Below, in pieces: positions 63,157 to 64,000 of a DNA stretch of 64,000 nucleotides. Made by a program: the position numbers and the translations under genes. Where the stretch lies: assembly GCA_017646765.1 (NCBI GenBank), contig JAGCMD010000074.1, positions 5,627 to 69,626 on the forward strand, in the 5' to 3' direction. Within the stretch, counting starts at the first letter, position 1, and every line of letters begins with the position of its first letter. The notes under the pieces are model-generated. The model searched no databases, was not told the DNA's origin, and saw only the letters and a list, made by a program, of their open reading frames with translations. This stretch comes from Elusimicrobiaceae bacterium. GTDB lineage: Bacteria; Elusimicrobiota; Elusimicrobia; Elusimicrobiales; Elusimicrobiaceae.

Positions 63157-63915
63157 TTAGGCAGGTTTATTTAATTTCACGTGCCACAAAAATTCGGTGT
63201 TGCCGTGCGTGCCTTTGATGGGACTTTCTATTACTTCGCCGGAAACGCCGCCGTATTTTTCTTTAATATTTTCAAAATAATCTCGCACACGTTTAACGGC
63301 AAGTTGTCTGTTTTCGTCGGTTTTTACAATGCCGTGCGGTACTTGTTTGGGGGATAACTCAAATTGCGGTTTGATTAAAAAAACAATTTCGCTTTTGTTT
63401 GCCAATACCTTAAAAAGCGGTTCCATAATCATTGTTAAAGAAATAAAAGACACGTCCACCGCGGCGAACTGCGGCGCGTTTTCAAATAAATCAGATGTCA
63501 TATAGCGTGCGTTTGTTTCTGGCCTAAAGTAGAAATTTTTGTAACGCCGCATTTCATCAGCGAGTTGCCCTTTGCCTACGTCCACGCCGTACACTTCTTT
63601 GGCGCCGGCTTGAATCATGCAATCGCTAAACCCGCCCGTTGCCACACCTATATCCACACACGTTTTCCCGGTTAAATCAATGTTCCAATGCTTTAAAGCA
63701 CCCGCCAGTTTTAAGCCGCCGCGCGACACATACGGACACGATTTTTCTTTTAAAGAAATTTTATCTTCCGGCAAAATAGTGCGATCAGCGCGGGTGTCAA
63801 CTTCGCCGTTTACTACTACTTCGCCTGCCATAATGGACGCCTGCGCGCGGTTTCTGCTGGTAAAAAAACCTTGCTCCACCAAGGCCATATCCAAACGTAA
63901 TTTTTTATTCGCCAT
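63157..63915 (-). CDS. tlyA: TlyA family rRNA 2'-O-methyltransferase/hemolysin
   Basis: S4 domain RLDMALV, YVSRGGLKL, DVSFISL, LIKPQFE, SPIKG..GNTEF. Confidence 0.93.
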   Translation of the reverse strand: MANKKLRLDMALVEQGFFTSRNRAQASIMAGEVVVNGEVDTRADRTILPEDKISLKEKSCPYVSRGGLKLAGALKHWNIDLTGKTCVDIGVATGGFSDCMIQAGAKEVYGVDVGKGQLADEMRRYKNFYFRPETNARYMTSDLFENAPQFAAVDVSFISLTMIMEPLFKVLANKSEIVFLIKPQFELSPKQVPHGIVKTDENRQLAVKRVRDYFENIKEKYGGVSGEVIESPIKGTHGNTEFLWHVKLNKPA

Positions 63916-64000
63916 CGGTCGTTTCCGCCAGGTCCGTATCAAAGGGCTCCGTCATCATTTCGGCCCCTTTCTTTTTCAGTTCTTCTACTTTAAATTTAAC
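63905..64000 (-). CDS. 3' end of probable exodeoxyribonuclease VII small subunit (truncated by window edge)
   Basis: Hand translation VKFKVEELKKKGAEMMTEPFDTDLAETTDGE*; resembles an XseB tail; overlaps the tlyA start. Confidence 0.5.
   Translation of the reverse strand, partial: VKFKVEELKKKGAEMMTEPFDTDLAETTDGE

Overview
Chromosomal core-genome window spanning the probable replication origin of an anaerobic diderm bacterium. Pilin style and gene content suggest Elusimicrobiota, probably Elusimicrobiaceae (inference, not a database match). Left of dnaA most genes lie on the minus strand: TPR protein, serS, parB, parA, lepB, a glycosyltransferase and a dfx-fprA-flavin reductase-rubredoxin oxygen-defence operon. 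Right of it most lie on the plus strand: dnaA-dnaN-dciA-gyrB-gyrA, a GH13 enzyme, a complete F1Fo operon, hrcA-grpE-dnaK-rsmE-mtaB, glmU-prs-rplY-pth, and a deoxyhypusine-synthase-like gene followed by dnaX-recR-comEC. The window ends with a minus-strand ampG-murQ-anmK-nagZ recycling operon, queH, AsmA, GDPD, folD, an OMP and tlyA. I found no rRNA, tRNA, CRISPR array, transposase or prophage. The most interesting signals are: (1) three copies of a non-canonical parS palindrome, GTTTTCACGTGAAAAC or a near match, next to a ParB with Lys instead of Arg at the base-reading position; (2) dnaX split into two overlapping frames joined by a -1 shift at an A6 run; (3) a structure-conserved ~200 nt repeat found twice; (4) a densely structured ~165 nt element upstream of a pilin gene; (5) hldD inserted between atpA and atpG; (6) a FolD lacking its cyclohydrolase Lys and Gln. 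All alignments and pairings were done by eye.
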